Shown here: positions 47,691 through 58,825 of the stretch, in pieces
Numbering within the stretch: the first letter of the stretch is position 1
Layout: every line of letters begins with the position of its first letter
Virus record (IMG/VR): IMGVR_UViG_3300028394_000055
Coordinates: 28,632 to 92,631 of that record
Origin: a virus
DNA: 64,000 nucleotides
Reading direction: 5' to 3' (one strand)
Notes under the pieces: generated by a model
The model's database searches: none
What the model was told of the DNA's origin: nothing
Seen by the model: only the letters and a program-made list of their open reading frames with translations
Made by a program: the position numbers and the translations under genes

Positions 47691-48948
47691 AATTTTACAA
47701 GTATTAGATATAGCATCTATTACATATGATGAAAAAATATATAATGGAACAGCAGTAAATGATAAAAACGAACCATTCTGGGTAGAATTTGCAAGGCCGC
47801 ATTTTAATGAAATAGGAGTAGATTTAAAATTACTAACTTTAAATGAAATTGACAAAAGCAAAAACTGGATTATAAATCTTGATATTAAAGCATGGGAATG
47901 GTATCCCTGTAACGAAGTATTTGAATCATTAGGTACAGAAATATTAAATGAAATAAAATATGGTAATGCTTATATAATACTTAATCACCAATGTGAATCA
48001 CAAACTAATCGATTTTTTATTAATCTTTATCAAAAGGCAGGGAAAGGATTCCCTTTCCCTTTTAATAAAATAATGTATATGGTAGGTGCTGCTGACGCAG
48101 AAAGAGAATATAGGATTTTTGTTAAAGAAAATGATATTCCTAAAGAAAATCAAATTAGGATTTTATATACTCACCATGTATACAAGCGTTTTCACTCTGA
48201 TGTACAGAGGTATGAGATAGATTATTTCAATAATAAAAACAAAACTCTTAAAAAAGAGAAAAAGTTTTTATCTTTGAATCGTAGAGGACATGATCATAGG
48301 ATACTATTAGTATCTTCACTTGTATCTGCTAATTTAATGGAGCATGGTTATGTAAGTTTAGGACTGTATCCAGATGATTTACCTTTAGCAGATCATCAAA
48401 TATTTTATCTAACTAAAGACGAAATTAATATGGGATATATTAAAGAAAGTTTTGATACCATTAGAGACCAAGTACCGTTAAGAGTTGATTCGTCTAATTT
48501 AAAAGTTAACTTATTTGGAACAACTTCTTTGCCAATGGATTTCTATCAACAGAGTTGTTTTAGTTTAGTATCGAGTACATGTGGAATACAACGTCAGGAA
48601 AAATCTGTGGGATTTACCGAAAAAGAAGTTAAGCCTATACTTGCTCGTCACCCTTTTATCATATATAATTTATCAGGTGCGCTGGAACATCTTAAAAGTA
48701 TGGGATTTTTAACTTTTGAACGCTGGTTTGACGAAAGTTATGATTTAGAAACTAATGACAGAAGACGTTTGGAAAAAATAATAAAAGAGGTAGCAAGATT
48801 GAGTGCAATATCATTTGAAGATTGGGAAATAATGTTAGAAGAGATGAAACCAGTGCTTGATCATAATCACAATCGTATGGTAAAATATACCACAGAGCAT
48901 TGTTATTTTAATAGTGATCTAAAAAAATTATTATATTATGTCTCTTAA
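47683..48948 (+). CDS. glycosyltransferase-like paralog 4
   Basis: LSLNRR..DHR...FTEKEVKP...HPFI...GFLTF..WFDESYD. Confidence 0.65.
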   Translation: MNRILQVLDIASITYDEKIYNGTAVNDKNEPFWVEFARPHFNEIGVDLKLLTLNEIDKSKNWIINLDIKAWEWYPCNEVFESLGTEILNEIKYGNAYIILNHQCESQTNRFFINLYQKAGKGFPFPFNKIMYMVGAADAEREYRIFVKENDIPKENQIRILYTHHVYKRFHSDVQRYEIDYFNNKNKTLKKEKKFLSLNRRGHDHRILLVSSLVSANLMEHGYVSLGLYPDDLPLADHQIFYLTKDEINMGYIKESFDTIRDQVPLRVDSSNLKVNLFGTTSLPMDFYQQSCFSLVSSTCGIQRQEKSVGFTEKEVKPILARHPFIIYNLSGALEHLKSMGFLTFERWFDESYDLETNDRRRLEKIIKEVARLSAISFEDWEIMLEEMKPVLDHNHNRMVKYTTEHCYFNSDLKKLLYYVS

Positions 48949-50863
48949 ATTGATTAGTCTTATACAACCAAATTTTCAGCAAGGACCGAAAGAGTTTAAT
49001 GCTCACTATCTGCCCTATAGCGTGGGCGTATTATGGAGTTATGTTCAAACGTTTCCTAAAGTAAACAAAAATTTTAAATTAGACAAATTAATATGGCTGC
49101 GGAGTGATCTTGAAAAAACATTAGATTCATTAAAGAACAGCGAAATATTTGCGTTCAGTACATACATATGGAATAAAAATTACAATTATACACTAGCCAA
49201 GCGGTTAAAAGAAAATAATCCTAATTGTTTTATTATATTTGGCGGTCCAGAACTTCCTATAACTAAACGTGATATGTTTAAACGTTATCCTTTTATTGAT
49301 GTTGTAGTAAAAGGAGAAGGAGAAATTACCTTCAAAAATCTACTAGAACATCTAGCAGATGGAACTCCATTTGAAAATGTTACAGGTCTTGTCATTAACA
49401 AAAATGGCAAAGCATATGATACGGGTAATTCTGAAAGAATAAACGCATTAGAAGATATTCCTAGTCCTTACTTAACAGGAGTATTTGATAACTTAATAGC
49501 AGATACTACAGGTGTAGAATGGAATGCTACATTAGAAACAAATAGGGGATGTCCATATGCTTGTACATTTTGTGATTGGGGAAGCCTTACATATAATAAA
49601 GTTAAGAAGTTTGACATGCAACGTGTCTTTGATGAATTAGAATGGATAGGTAAAAACAAATGCGGATTTGTTAGTATAACCGATGCTAACTTTGGCATGT
49701 TTATTGATAGGGATAATGCCATTGCAGATAAGTTATTAGAAGTGCAGGCAAAATACGGTTACCCATATACATTTAGTGTAGCCTGGGCAAAAAATCAAAA
49801 AGCAGAAGTATTTGATATTGTATTCAAATTAATTAAAAGTCCTAAATTCAATCAAGGTCTAACCGTTAGTGTTCAAAGTATGGATCTAGATGTATTAGAA
49901 AACATTAAACGTAAAAACTTAGATCAACATAAAATTTCAGATATATTTAAATTATGTGACAAACATAATGTGCCAGTCTATACCGAAGTTATACTAGGGT
50001 TGCCTGGCGAAACCAAAAACAGTTGGCAACAAAACTTTTGGAAGTTGTTTGATGCGGGCAATCACACAGGTGTAACCATATTACAAGCACAGATGTTAGA
50101 AAATGCAGAAATGAATTTACTTCAAAGAAAACTCTACGGAATAAAAAGTGTGCCTGTGTACGATTATATGAGCGGTAGTTATAATTATGATGAACTACAA
50201 GAATCAGTAGAAGTAGTCATTGCTACAAAAGATTTGCCTTTTGAAGATATGCTGGATAGTCACATGTTTTCTTGGTACATCAATACATTTCATATAAATG
50301 GACTCACAACATATATAAGTAGATTTTTAAATAAACAAAAAGGTATAAGTTATGAAGAGTTTTATGATAAATTGTATGATTATTTAAAATTAGATCTTTG
50401 GTTTATTAAAGAACGTGATGAAGTAAGAATGTATTACAAAAATTGGATGACAGATGGTCGCATCAACCATCCTAATATTAGTAACATCGAAGTACACGGT
50501 TGGAATATTGTACATCGTGCAACATTAAACTTGCATGCCGATAGAAAATATGATACAGTATTTAGAATAGTTGAAAAATTTGTAAAAGAATCATTTAACT
50601 TAGATTTAGAATTAGCAGATCAGTTAATTAAATTTCAAAAGTTTTTTGTTATTGACTATGATAAGATTGATCATTACCCGATGGATTTATCTTTTGACTA
50701 TGATTTTTTGGGGTATGTACAAGAAGACACAGAATTAGTTATTCCCACTACGTATGCATTTGAATTTTTTGAAGATAAAAATATAACAATTGAACGATTT
50801 TTAGAAAACATTTATTTTAGTAGACGAAGGAATTTTGGTAAAGCATGTATAACAAAAAAGTAA
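48938..50863 (+). CDS. B12-binding-domain radical SAM enzyme
   Basis: FSTYIWN...GGP...GEGE B12-binding domain; TNRGCPYACTFCDW; DANFG; ILGLPGET. Confidence 0.92.
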   Translation: MSLKLISLIQPNFQQGPKEFNAHYLPYSVGVLWSYVQTFPKVNKNFKLDKLIWLRSDLEKTLDSLKNSEIFAFSTYIWNKNYNYTLAKRLKENNPNCFIIFGGPELPITKRDMFKRYPFIDVVVKGEGEITFKNLLEHLADGTPFENVTGLVINKNGKAYDTGNSERINALEDIPSPYLTGVFDNLIADTTGVEWNATLETNRGCPYACTFCDWGSLTYNKVKKFDMQRVFDELEWIGKNKCGFVSITDANFGMFIDRDNAIADKLLEVQAKYGYPYTFSVAWAKNQKAEVFDIVFKLIKSPKFNQGLTVSVQSMDLDVLENIKRKNLDQHKISDIFKLCDKHNVPVYTEVILGLPGETKNSWQQNFWKLFDAGNHTGVTILQAQMLENAEMNLLQRKLYGIKSVPVYDYMSGSYNYDELQESVEVVIATKDLPFEDMLDSHMFSWYINTFHINGLTTYISRFLNKQKGISYEEFYDKLYDYLKLDLWFIKERDEVRMYYKNWMTDGRINHPNISNIEVHGWNIVHRATLNLHADRKYDTVFRIVEKFVKESFNLDLELADQLIKFQKFFVIDYDKIDHYPMDLSFDYDFLGYVQEDTELVIPTTYAFEFFEDKNITIERFLENIYFSRRRNFGKACITKK

Positions 50864-51825
50864 TTAATTATCACATTTGGTCTGAAAGTATATTTGATAA
50901 TATATTAAAAGATATAAAAACACATAAGCCTGATGTTATCAACATATGGGCTGCAGAAGAACATGAAGTTTTTTTGGCTTGGTCAGATAATAACAGCGAG
51001 CCATATAAAAGTATTTTTATAGAAAATAATATAGAAGTAAATTATCTATTTGGAACTTTTGAAATAGATTGGTATCTTAATCGATATCATTTTCCTGAAC
51101 ATAATATTAATGTTCATTTATGGCCAACTTATTATCTATCATTTACTTATCAGTCAATGCTGTCTAATAACTTGGTGTTAACCCCTCCTAATTCTAATTT
51201 TTCTTATCCTATTATATCGTTAAACAATCGTCCTCATAGACATAGATGCCATATGATGGATATGTTAGCAAAATATGATTTAATTGAGGGTAATGCTATA
51301 TCATGGCATAACGATTTAGACACATGCCCGCATGAATGGAAATATTGGAATCCACATAAAATGATCTTATCAGATGAATTTGTTACTAAACCTTCATCAT
51401 ATCCGCCGCCATCTCAGTGGAATGAATCTTTTTTGCATGTTATATCAGAATGCAGTATTCGAAATTTGTATGTTTCAGAAAAAACATGGATGGCTATACT
51501 GGGTAGAAAATTATTCATTGCTCAATCAAAGCATGGATTCCATAAAGGATTAAAAAATTTAGGATTTCAATTATATGATGAGTTGTTTGACTATAGTTTT
51601 GATAGTATTATCGATGATAACGATAGATGTGAAGCAGTAATACAACAAGCAAAAAATTTAATATCAAAAGGCAATTTTAATAAAGTATATAGTGATTTGC
51701 AAGATAAAATTAATTATAATGCAAAACATGCACTTGAACTAGCAACAACTAATAAAGTACCTGATATTGTAAAAAAATACGATTTTCATCATTATGATTT
51801 TGTGGAAAGGATAACAAAAATATGA
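50845..51825 (+). CDS. glycosyltransferase-like paralog 5
   Basis: SLNNRPHRHR...VISE...SEKTW...GFQLYDELFDYSFD. Confidence 0.65.
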   Translation: MYNKKVINYHIWSESIFDNILKDIKTHKPDVINIWAAEEHEVFLAWSDNNSEPYKSIFIENNIEVNYLFGTFEIDWYLNRYHFPEHNINVHLWPTYYLSFTYQSMLSNNLVLTPPNSNFSYPIISLNNRPHRHRCHMMDMLAKYDLIEGNAISWHNDLDTCPHEWKYWNPHKMILSDEFVTKPSSYPPPSQWNESFLHVISECSIRNLYVSEKTWMAILGRKLFIAQSKHGFHKGLKNLGFQLYDELFDYSFDSIIDDNDRCEAVIQQAKNLISKGNFNKVYSDLQDKINYNAKHALELATTNKVPDIVKKYDFHHYDFVERITKI

Positions 51826-53123
51826 AAACAAAAGTTTCAATGATAGGACTAGGCAAATTAGGATTGCCTTGTGCTGAAGTAATGGCAGAACACTACGAGG
51901 TATCGGGATATGATATTTCTTTAGTAGACCCTACATTTCTTGTATCAGTTAAAAAATCAATAGAAGATGCAGTGTTAGGCCGTGATATTATTTTTGTAGC
52001 AGTACCAACTCCTCACGATCCACAGTATAGCGGCAGCACTCCTATTGCAGATATGTCACCTATGGATTTTGATTATAGTATTGTTCAAAATGTATTAACT
52101 GAAATTAATCAATATGTTAATAAAAATCAACTAGTGGTATTAATTAGTACAGTTCTTCCAGGCACAGTAAGATCACACTTACGTCCGTGTATTACTAATG
52201 CACGTTTCATTTATAATCCTTATCTTATTGCAATGGGTAGTGTAAAATGGGATATGGTCAATCCTGAATGTTTAATCATAGGAACAGACGATGGATCAAA
52301 GACAGGTGATGCAAAATTATTAATTGATTTTTATGCCCCCCTAATGAAAAATTCTCCTACAATCAATATTGGAACATGGGATGAAGCAGAAGCAATTAAA
52401 ATTTTCTACAACACTTTTATCAGTGCTAAAATTGGTTTAGTTAATATGATACAAGATGTGGCTGAAAAGAATGGTAATATTAATGTAGATGTTGTTACAG
52501 ATGCATTAAAGGCTGCTACTCAACGTATTACCGGTCCTAGATATTTAACAGCAGGAATGGGTGATGCAGGTGCTTGCCATCCTAGAGATAATATTGCATT
52601 AAGATATTTGGCTGAACGATTAGATTTGGGCTATGATTTATTTCATGCAATTATGCACAGTAGGGATCAACAAGCCAAAAATATGGCAAAAAGATTAGTA
52701 GGATTAGCAAAGGAGCATAACCTTCCAATTGTTATTCATGGGAGAGCATATAAACCTTATGTAGAATACACTATAGGTAGTTATAGCGAATTAGTAGGAC
52801 ATTTTATTCAATCAGAAGGTATGGAAGTGTCTTATGCAGATCCGCTAACACACGATGTATGGAAAAGCGGTGCTGCTGTTATATTAATGGCACATAATCC
52901 TGCTATAACATACTTAGGTACAGGTGTTAATATTAAACCAAATCAATTTTATTTTAATATAGAAGTAGGTAGTGTTATATTAGATCCTTGGAGGACTATA
53001 AGTGACATGACAGGGATAACTGTTATTCATTATGGTAATACACGACCCAAAAATAACATTAATTCTAAACTAAAAGAAAAATTAAAAGAACTTAGTAATC
53101 GTGATCCATTTATATACAAATGA
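51822..53123 (+). CDS. UDP-glucose/GDP-mannose dehydrogenase family
   Basis: GLGKLG, FVAVPTP, STVLPGT, AE.IK..YN.F, GDAGACHPRD. Confidence 0.9.
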   Translation: MKTKVSMIGLGKLGLPCAEVMAEHYEVSGYDISLVDPTFLVSVKKSIEDAVLGRDIIFVAVPTPHDPQYSGSTPIADMSPMDFDYSIVQNVLTEINQYVNKNQLVVLISTVLPGTVRSHLRPCITNARFIYNPYLIAMGSVKWDMVNPECLIIGTDDGSKTGDAKLLIDFYAPLMKNSPTINIGTWDEAEAIKIFYNTFISAKIGLVNMIQDVAEKNGNINVDVVTDALKAATQRITGPRYLTAGMGDAGACHPRDNIALRYLAERLDLGYDLFHAIMHSRDQQAKNMAKRLVGLAKEHNLPIVIHGRAYKPYVEYTIGSYSELVGHFIQSEGMEVSYADPLTHDVWKSGAAVILMAHNPAITYLGTGVNIKPNQFYFNIEVGSVILDPWRTISDMTGITVIHYGNTRPKNNINSKLKEKLKELSNRDPFIYK

Positions 53124-54592
53124 TTGTTTGGGGAATTAGTGCTAACAGTCACGATGCCGCAGTTAGTGTGTGGCACGATAAAGATCTACGGTTCGCTGCT
53201 CATAGTGAAAGATACAGTGGTATAAAGAACGACGGTGATCTATGTCCTGGAATAATTGAAGAAGCCGGTCAACATGGACAACCTGATCTTATAGTATGGT
53301 ATGAAGATCCTCTATTAAAAACTGCAAGACAACTTAAAGCGGGACAAGGGAATAAAGAACAAGAGAATAATATAAAAGATTATCTTGCCAAATACAATAT
53401 TACTCAAAAAATACATTTTGGAAAACATCATCACAGCCATGCCGCCGCCGGCTATTATACCAGTGGATTTACTGATGCAGCAGTTGTAGTTATTGATAGC
53501 ATAGGCGAGTTTGAAACTCTTACGTTATGGCACGGTCAGGGCAATGACCTAAAGAAAATATACACACAAGAATATCCTAACAGTGTTGGCCTCTGGTTTA
53601 GTGCTATGACACAGCGTTGTGGTTTAAAACCCAATGAGGAAGAATATATATTAATGGGTATGGCTGCTTATGGAGATTCAAATAGACTTAAAGCAGATAT
53701 ATACAAAGATTTCTTTAAAACAATAAACGGTCCTTCAATCTCATTCAAACAAAATCTACATAAAGGATGCTTAGAATGGAGAATAGATTTAATTAAAGAA
53801 CAAGACACATTTGATATAGCAGCAGCAACTCAACAGATATATACAGAATTGTTACAAGGCATCAGTACCTGGGCACGTAGAAATATACCTAGTAGCAATC
53901 TCATACTTATGGGGGGGTGTGCTCTTAATTGTGTGGCTAATAGTACTATAACAGGTGACTGGGATAATATATGGATAATGCCTAATCCTGGTGATGCAGG
54001 TAGTGCAGTTGGCGCAGTAGCAGGTTACTTTGGTGAACATATCAATTGGCCTGGCGCATATCTTGGTACAGATATAGGTACAATATATCCAGTGGAAGAA
54101 ACTATTGATATTCTAAAAAAGAATAAGATTGTAGGTGTTGCAAGCGGACGTGCAGAATATGGGCCTAGAGCATTAGGACATCGTAGTTTACTTGCTGATC
54201 CGAGAGGTTCAACAATTAAAGATATAGTTAATGCTATTAAACGTAGACAGCAGTTTAGGCCATTTGCACCTGCTATATTAGAAGAACACGTACATGAATA
54301 TTTTGAGATGCCTAAGGGCATTACCGCCAGTCCTTATATGCAATTTGTTGCCCGTTGCACTAAACCTGATGAGTTCCCTGCTATTATACACAAGGATGGA
54401 ACTAGCAGAGTACAAACTGTAAGTAAAACGGATAGTCCCGGATTTAGAAAGTTGTTAGAGAATTGGTATCAAGAAACGGGATGTCCTATGTTGCTCAACA
54501 CTAGTTTAAACATAAAAGGTAAACCTATGGTTAACACCAGTGATGATGCTAATCAATTCTATCTTCAATATAATGTTCCGGTAGTCACCTAA
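53120..54592 (+). CDS. carbamoyltransferase (NodU/CmcH family)
   Basis: SHDAA, SERYS..KND, HH.SHAA, GG.ALNC..N, GPRALGHRS, RPFAP, LLNTS.N. Confidence 0.95.
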   Translation: MIVWGISANSHDAAVSVWHDKDLRFAAHSERYSGIKNDGDLCPGIIEEAGQHGQPDLIVWYEDPLLKTARQLKAGQGNKEQENNIKDYLAKYNITQKIHFGKHHHSHAAAGYYTSGFTDAAVVVIDSIGEFETLTLWHGQGNDLKKIYTQEYPNSVGLWFSAMTQRCGLKPNEEEYILMGMAAYGDSNRLKADIYKDFFKTINGPSISFKQNLHKGCLEWRIDLIKEQDTFDIAAATQQIYTELLQGISTWARRNIPSSNLILMGGCALNCVANSTITGDWDNIWIMPNPGDAGSAVGAVAGYFGEHINWPGAYLGTDIGTIYPVEETIDILKKNKIVGVASGRAEYGPRALGHRSLLADPRGSTIKDIVNAIKRRQQFRPFAPAILEEHVHEYFEMPKGITASPYMQFVARCTKPDEFPAIIHKDGTSRVQTVSKTDSPGFRKLLENWYQETGCPMLLNTSLNIKGKPMVNTSDDANQFYLQYNVPVVT

Positions 54593-55143
54593 TGAAAATA
54601 GATAAAGATGCATTTAGCAGTGGGCAGATTGGTAGCAAGATTTGGCTTTGTGAACAGTTAGAATTATTATTTGATAAAGTAGATTCTATATGGATTTATG
54701 GTGGCTGGTATGGTATAACTGCATTTTTACTGCAATCTAGAGGTAATATCAATATATCAAACATACGTAGTTACGATATAAATCCTTCATTCGAAGAAGT
54801 TGCTGATATAATCAATGAAAATTGGGTATATCAAAATTGGAAATTTAAAGCATATACCGAGGATTGTTCTGCACTTATTCCTAAAAAAAATACACCAGAC
54901 TTAATAATTAATACAAGTACTGAACATTTCAAAACAATGGATTGGTGGAACAATATACCCAAAGGTACATACATTGCAATACAAGGCAATGATATGCCAC
55001 ATACTGATCATGTTGTTTATTCAACATCGTTAGATGACTTCTGCCACGCTTATCCATTAGATGATCTATTGTATAAAGGCGAATTGAAATTTTCTTATCC
55101 CGACTGGAGTTTTACCAGATTTATGCAAATTGGCATAAAATAG
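54592..55143 (+). CDS. class I SAM-dependent methyltransferase-like protein
   Basis: GGWYG, SYDIN, INTSTEH. Confidence 0.7.
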   Translation: MKIDKDAFSSGQIGSKIWLCEQLELLFDKVDSIWIYGGWYGITAFLLQSRGNINISNIRSYDINPSFEEVADIINENWVYQNWKFKAYTEDCSALIPKKNTPDLIINTSTEHFKTMDWWNNIPKGTYIAIQGNDMPHTDHVVYSTSLDDFCHAYPLDDLLYKGELKFSYPDWSFTRFMQIGIK

Positions 55144-55144
55144 A

Positions 55145-55173
55145 TTGACATCATTAAAGTAATAGTTTATACT
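55145..55173 (+). promoter_or_regulatory. sigma70 promoter
   Basis: TTGACA-17 bp-TATACT; AGGAGG RBS before 55221. Confidence 0.7.
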
Positions 55174-55220
55174 AGTTGATTATTGATAACTACTAAACCG
55201 CTAACGAAAAGGAGGTCTAT

Positions 55221-55787
55221 ATGACTACTATTGCGCTAGACAGGGAACAGACTGGTACATCGGCTGCTAAGATTGTTAACATCACGTTAATGATTGTTGC
55301 ATTGCTCGGTAGTATAATGCTGCTAAATTGGGCAGTAACAGACAAATTTTCCCGAATTGGAGTAACCCAAACATCACAGGTTACTGCCGAAATGCGAGAA
55401 CGACAATTAGGTTGTCTTGCTAAAAATATATATCACGAAGCAGGCAGCGAACCATTTGAAGGTAAGGTTGCTGTGGCTCAAGTGACTATGAATCGTGTTG
55501 CCAGCAGCCAATTCCCTGGAGATGTCTGCAAGGTAATTTATCAAAAGAACTTGTTCTACGAACGGGTTGTTTGCCAATTCTCTTGGGTATGCGATAGAGA
55601 AGTATCATTTAGGCCTACCAACCGTGCCAACTATAATGAAAGCATGATTGCGGCCCAAAAGGTTCTGCTAGAAGACTATCGTTTGCCTAGTTTGAAAAAT
55701 GCACTTTACTATCATGCGGATTATGTAAATCCACGTTGGAATAAAGAGCAAGTGGCTAAAATTGGACATCATATTTTTTACAAGTAA
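55221..55787 (+). CDS. cell wall hydrolase (SleB/Hydrolase_2)
   Basis: CLA.NIY.EA..E...GK.AVA.V..NR, CQFSW, ALYYHA.YV.P.W, IG.HIFY; N-terminal TM segment. Confidence 0.92.
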   Translation: MTTIALDREQTGTSAAKIVNITLMIVALLGSIMLLNWAVTDKFSRIGVTQTSQVTAEMRERQLGCLAKNIYHEAGSEPFEGKVAVAQVTMNRVASSQFPGDVCKVIYQKNLFYERVVCQFSWVCDREVSFRPTNRANYNESMIAAQKVLLEDYRLPSLKNALYYHADYVNPRWNKEQVAKIGHHIFYK

Positions 55788-55796
55788 GGAAACAAA

Positions 55797-56123
55797 ATGA
55801 AATCAGCATTTTTGAACATAGTTGGACATATCCCTAATAATATCTACGTTTTTTTACATGAGCATTTGGGTAGAATCAGCGCCCATACCTTAGGATGGAT
55901 TACTATTATTCTATTGCATTTTGCCAGTATTCCTACACTATTGGCGGTACTAATGGCGCAGAGTGATAAACTACCTCCTGTGGACTTAATGATATTTGTT
56001 TGGGCAGGATTGATCACATTGTTCTTTAAAAGTCTAATTGAGCGCAACTTCTTATATATTGCTACCATCTGTATGGGATTTGCTGCTCAAACTTTGATTA
56101 TGGGATTGATTCTTTTTAAGTAA
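55797..56123 (+). CDS. membrane protein
   Basis: three hydrophobic helices; next to the hydrolase. Confidence 0.75.
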   Translation: MKSAFLNIVGHIPNNIYVFLHEHLGRISAHTLGWITIILLHFASIPTLLAVLMAQSDKLPPVDLMIFVWAGLITLFFKSLIERNFLYIATICMGFAAQTLIMGLILFK

Positions 56124-56133
56124 TAAATACTTG

Positions 56134-56385
56134 ATGCGAATATTAGAACTACTTACTGAAAAAACAATAGCAGCCCCTACTGCTAGTCAATGCTCAATTG
56201 GACAGGCACGTTTGAGCAATGTGCGTTATTCACAATGTGTAAGTCACGGTTTATTGAAACATGATAGTGATCATACAGCGGGAACAGGTAAGCAAGGAAA
56301 AGCAGGATCCGGAGTTAAACTTAAAGGTAAAAAATCTAAAAGTACCATCCACGGTGGACCTGTTAAAGATTACGACGGCAAATAA
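56134..56385 (+). CDS. small basic late protein
   Basis: AATAAATA upstream; MRILELLTE N-terminus. Confidence 0.7.
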   Translation: MRILELLTEKTIAAPTASQCSIGQARLSNVRYSQCVSHGLLKHDSDHTAGTGKQGKAGSGVKLKGKKSKSTIHGGPVKDYDGK

Positions 56386-56388
56386 ATT

Positions 56389-57330
56389 ATGAAATGGTTT
56401 AAATATAATTATTCTTTACCAGAAAATTATAGAAGATGTGAATTATGGTTAAATGATGATAATATTAATCCACCATGGTTCAATTACAGGCCACCATTTA
56501 CAGAATTGCACATTAAATCCGGTAGTAAAACTCTTTTAATTGTTGCAGGCGAGTCTTGGACGTACGGTGAATCTTTACCTGGTATTGCTGGTGGTACCAG
56601 TTATAATTTGTTTACACAATTAGAATATTGTTGGGGACCTCAAATTGGAAATATGTTAGGCATTGATGTACTGCAATATGCTAGGGCAGGTTGCAGCAAT
56701 GCCTACATTACGCTTGAATTGGAACGTTTAGTAAAATATGCAATTGATTTAAATATTTACGATCAACATTTAGTATGTTGCCAAATGACCGATGATAGTA
56801 GAGAATTTATAGGACCTGATCATTTAAATTGGGGAGACAAACATCCTCTAAAATCAATAATAAATCTAACACCTAGAAGAGAATTTAAAGATTGGTTGTG
56901 TGAATATGATAATGTTTTTTTTAACATAGTTGATTCGATAATTGATTATGCAAAAGATAAAATAGCAGTAGATGCTACATTATTTAGAAATTTAACAAGA
57001 GTCTCCACTAGCATGATTCCAAGAAATTTTAGAATTATTCCCGACACCTGGATTGAATATAGTGCAAAACTAGATAATGTTAATAATTTAAAAAGTCCTA
57101 ATACATGGACTGTTGCAAAAGATTTAGAACATGGTCCAAATTTAAGAAACATTATAATGTCTGATGAATGGGCAATGGAGCAATTAAAGTTAGTTGAAAT
57201 GTCTGTAAATTATATACAGGGAAAAATAGTACCTACACAATTACACAACAACCATCCCTCGAGACTTGGACATAAAAAATGGGCAGATCATTTGATTAAT
57301 CAGTCAAGTTGGGAAAAATTTGGCAAATGA
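56389..57330 (+). CDS. SGNH-like protein
   Basis: AGESWTYG, A.AG.SN, HPSRLGH..WA. Confidence 0.7.
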   Translation: MKWFKYNYSLPENYRRCELWLNDDNINPPWFNYRPPFTELHIKSGSKTLLIVAGESWTYGESLPGIAGGTSYNLFTQLEYCWGPQIGNMLGIDVLQYARAGCSNAYITLELERLVKYAIDLNIYDQHLVCCQMTDDSREFIGPDHLNWGDKHPLKSIINLTPRREFKDWLCEYDNVFFNIVDSIIDYAKDKIAVDATLFRNLTRVSTSMIPRNFRIIPDTWIEYSAKLDNVNNLKSPNTWTVAKDLEHGPNLRNIIMSDEWAMEQLKLVEMSVNYIQGKIVPTQLHNNHPSRLGHKKWADHLINQSSWEKFGK

Positions 57331-57653
57331 TCACATTAACTGAACAAGCATCAAGCAAAGTCAAGCAACAATTAATCAAACGTGGCAAGGGAATAGGACT
57401 TAGTGTTGGCGTTCGAACTACAGGTTGCTCAGGACTAGCCTATGTGTTAGAATATATAGACCATGCACCAGTTACTCGTGATTGGTTTAAGTATGATAGC
57501 CACGGTGTAACAGTTTGGGTAAATGGGAGAGATTCGGTTTACCTAAACGGTCTTGAAATAGACTGGAAAAGACAAGGTCTCAACGAAGGCTTTGACTTTA
57601 ACAACCCACAAGAACGTGATCGATGTGGATGCGGAGAAAGTTTTAGGATTTAA
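57327..57653 (+). CDS. iscA: Fe-S A-type carrier IscA
   Basis: GVRTTGCSGLAY, GLNEGF.F.NP, CGCGESF. Confidence 0.93.
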   Translation: MITLTEQASSKVKQQLIKRGKGIGLSVGVRTTGCSGLAYVLEYIDHAPVTRDWFKYDSHGVTVWVNGRDSVYLNGLEIDWKRQGLNEGFDFNNPQERDRCGCGESFRI

Positions 57654-57654
57654 T

Positions 57655-58035
57655 ATGGCATATTCAAATAGTGTAATTGATCATTATGAAAACCCTCGCA
57701 ATGTAGGTAAGTTTGATATAGATGATACTATAGGTACTGGTATGGTTGGAGCCCCTGCATGTGGAGATGTAATGCGATTACAAATAAAAGTAAAAGATGG
57801 GATCATCACAGATGCGAGATTTAAAACATACGGATGCGGATCAGCGATTGCCAGCTCCAGCCTTGTCACAGAATGGGTCAAGGGAAAAACGCTTGACCAA
57901 GCGGGAACGATTACTAATTCAAGAATTGCTGAAGAACTTGCCCTCCCACCGGTTAAAATACATTGTAGCATACTTGCAGAAGATGCTATAAAAGCAGCCG
58001 TTGAAGATTATAGGAGTAAACATGAACCAAATTGA
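57655..58035 (+). CDS. iscU: Fe-S scaffold IscU
   Basis: [40 protein letters not shown]. Confidence 0.97.
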   Translation: MAYSNSVIDHYENPRNVGKFDIDDTIGTGMVGAPACGDVMRLQIKVKDGIITDARFKTYGCGSAIASSSLVTEWVKGKTLDQAGTITNSRIAEELALPPVKIHCSILAEDAIKAAVEDYRSKHEPN

Positions 58036-58351
58036 AGTTACTGATTCGGCAATACTTAAAATTGCAGACATACTTGCTGAAGAAAACAATCCTCAATTGA
58101 TGTTACGTACTTTTGTACAGGGTGGCGGATGCAGTGGATTCAGTTATGGATTTACACTTGATGAAATACAAAATGAAGATGATTTTGTAATTAAAAAACC
58201 CGGTATGACTATATTGATAGATGCCATGAGTATGCAATATCTACAAGGTGCTGAAATAGATTATAAAGAAGAGGATATGGGATCTAATTTTATAATTAAA
58301 AATCCTAATGCTCAAAGCACATGCGGATGTGGATCTAGTTTTTCTGTTTAA
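58022..58351 (+). CDS. erpA: Fe-S insertion protein ErpA
   Basis: [38 protein letters not shown]. Confidence 0.93.
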   Translation: MNQIEVTDSAILKIADILAEENNPQLMLRTFVQGGGCSGFSYGFTLDEIQNEDDFVIKKPGMTILIDAMSMQYLQGAEIDYKEEDMGSNFIIKNPNAQSTCGCGSSFSV

Positions 58352-58686
58352 TCGTCTGGATTAAAGGTTTCTACGGCTTCTTTTAGTAATTCAATGTGAG
58401 TAAGATTTATATATCTATCGTCTAACTCATAGAATTTTTCAGCACCCGATTCCGAGTCTTCTATACCTAGCATTTCCATAAGTTCAATATATGTGATATC
58501 TTCATCACGTAGTTGGCTTACCCATATGCAGGTTAAAAACATGCACATAAAAACTACTCTGTCGTCATCAACTTCGTTTTCATTGCACCATCTTTCTGTT
58601 ATTTCAAGATAGTGTGCTATATCTTCAAGTCGATCCTGTAATTGAGCAATCCATTCTTTTGTGTTTTCTCTAGACCAGTAAGTCAC
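58348..58686 (-). CDS. hypothetical protein
   Basis: 112-aa acidic ORF with GTG start. Confidence 0.65.
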   Translation of the reverse strand: MTYWSRENTKEWIAQLQDRLEDIAHYLEITERWCNENEVDDDRVVFMCMFLTCIWVSQLRDEDITYIELMEMLGIEDSESGAEKFYELDDRYINLTHIELLKEAVETFNPDD

Positions 58687-58825
58687 AATAGTTATAGTCC
58701 TATATTTTATTTATAAATATTCGTATGCACACAGATCATATTGACGAACATCTATTAAAAGTTACAAAGTACTTATTTAAAGATATTAATTCATCATGTA
58801 ATCTCGATGTGAGGAAATTAAAAAA

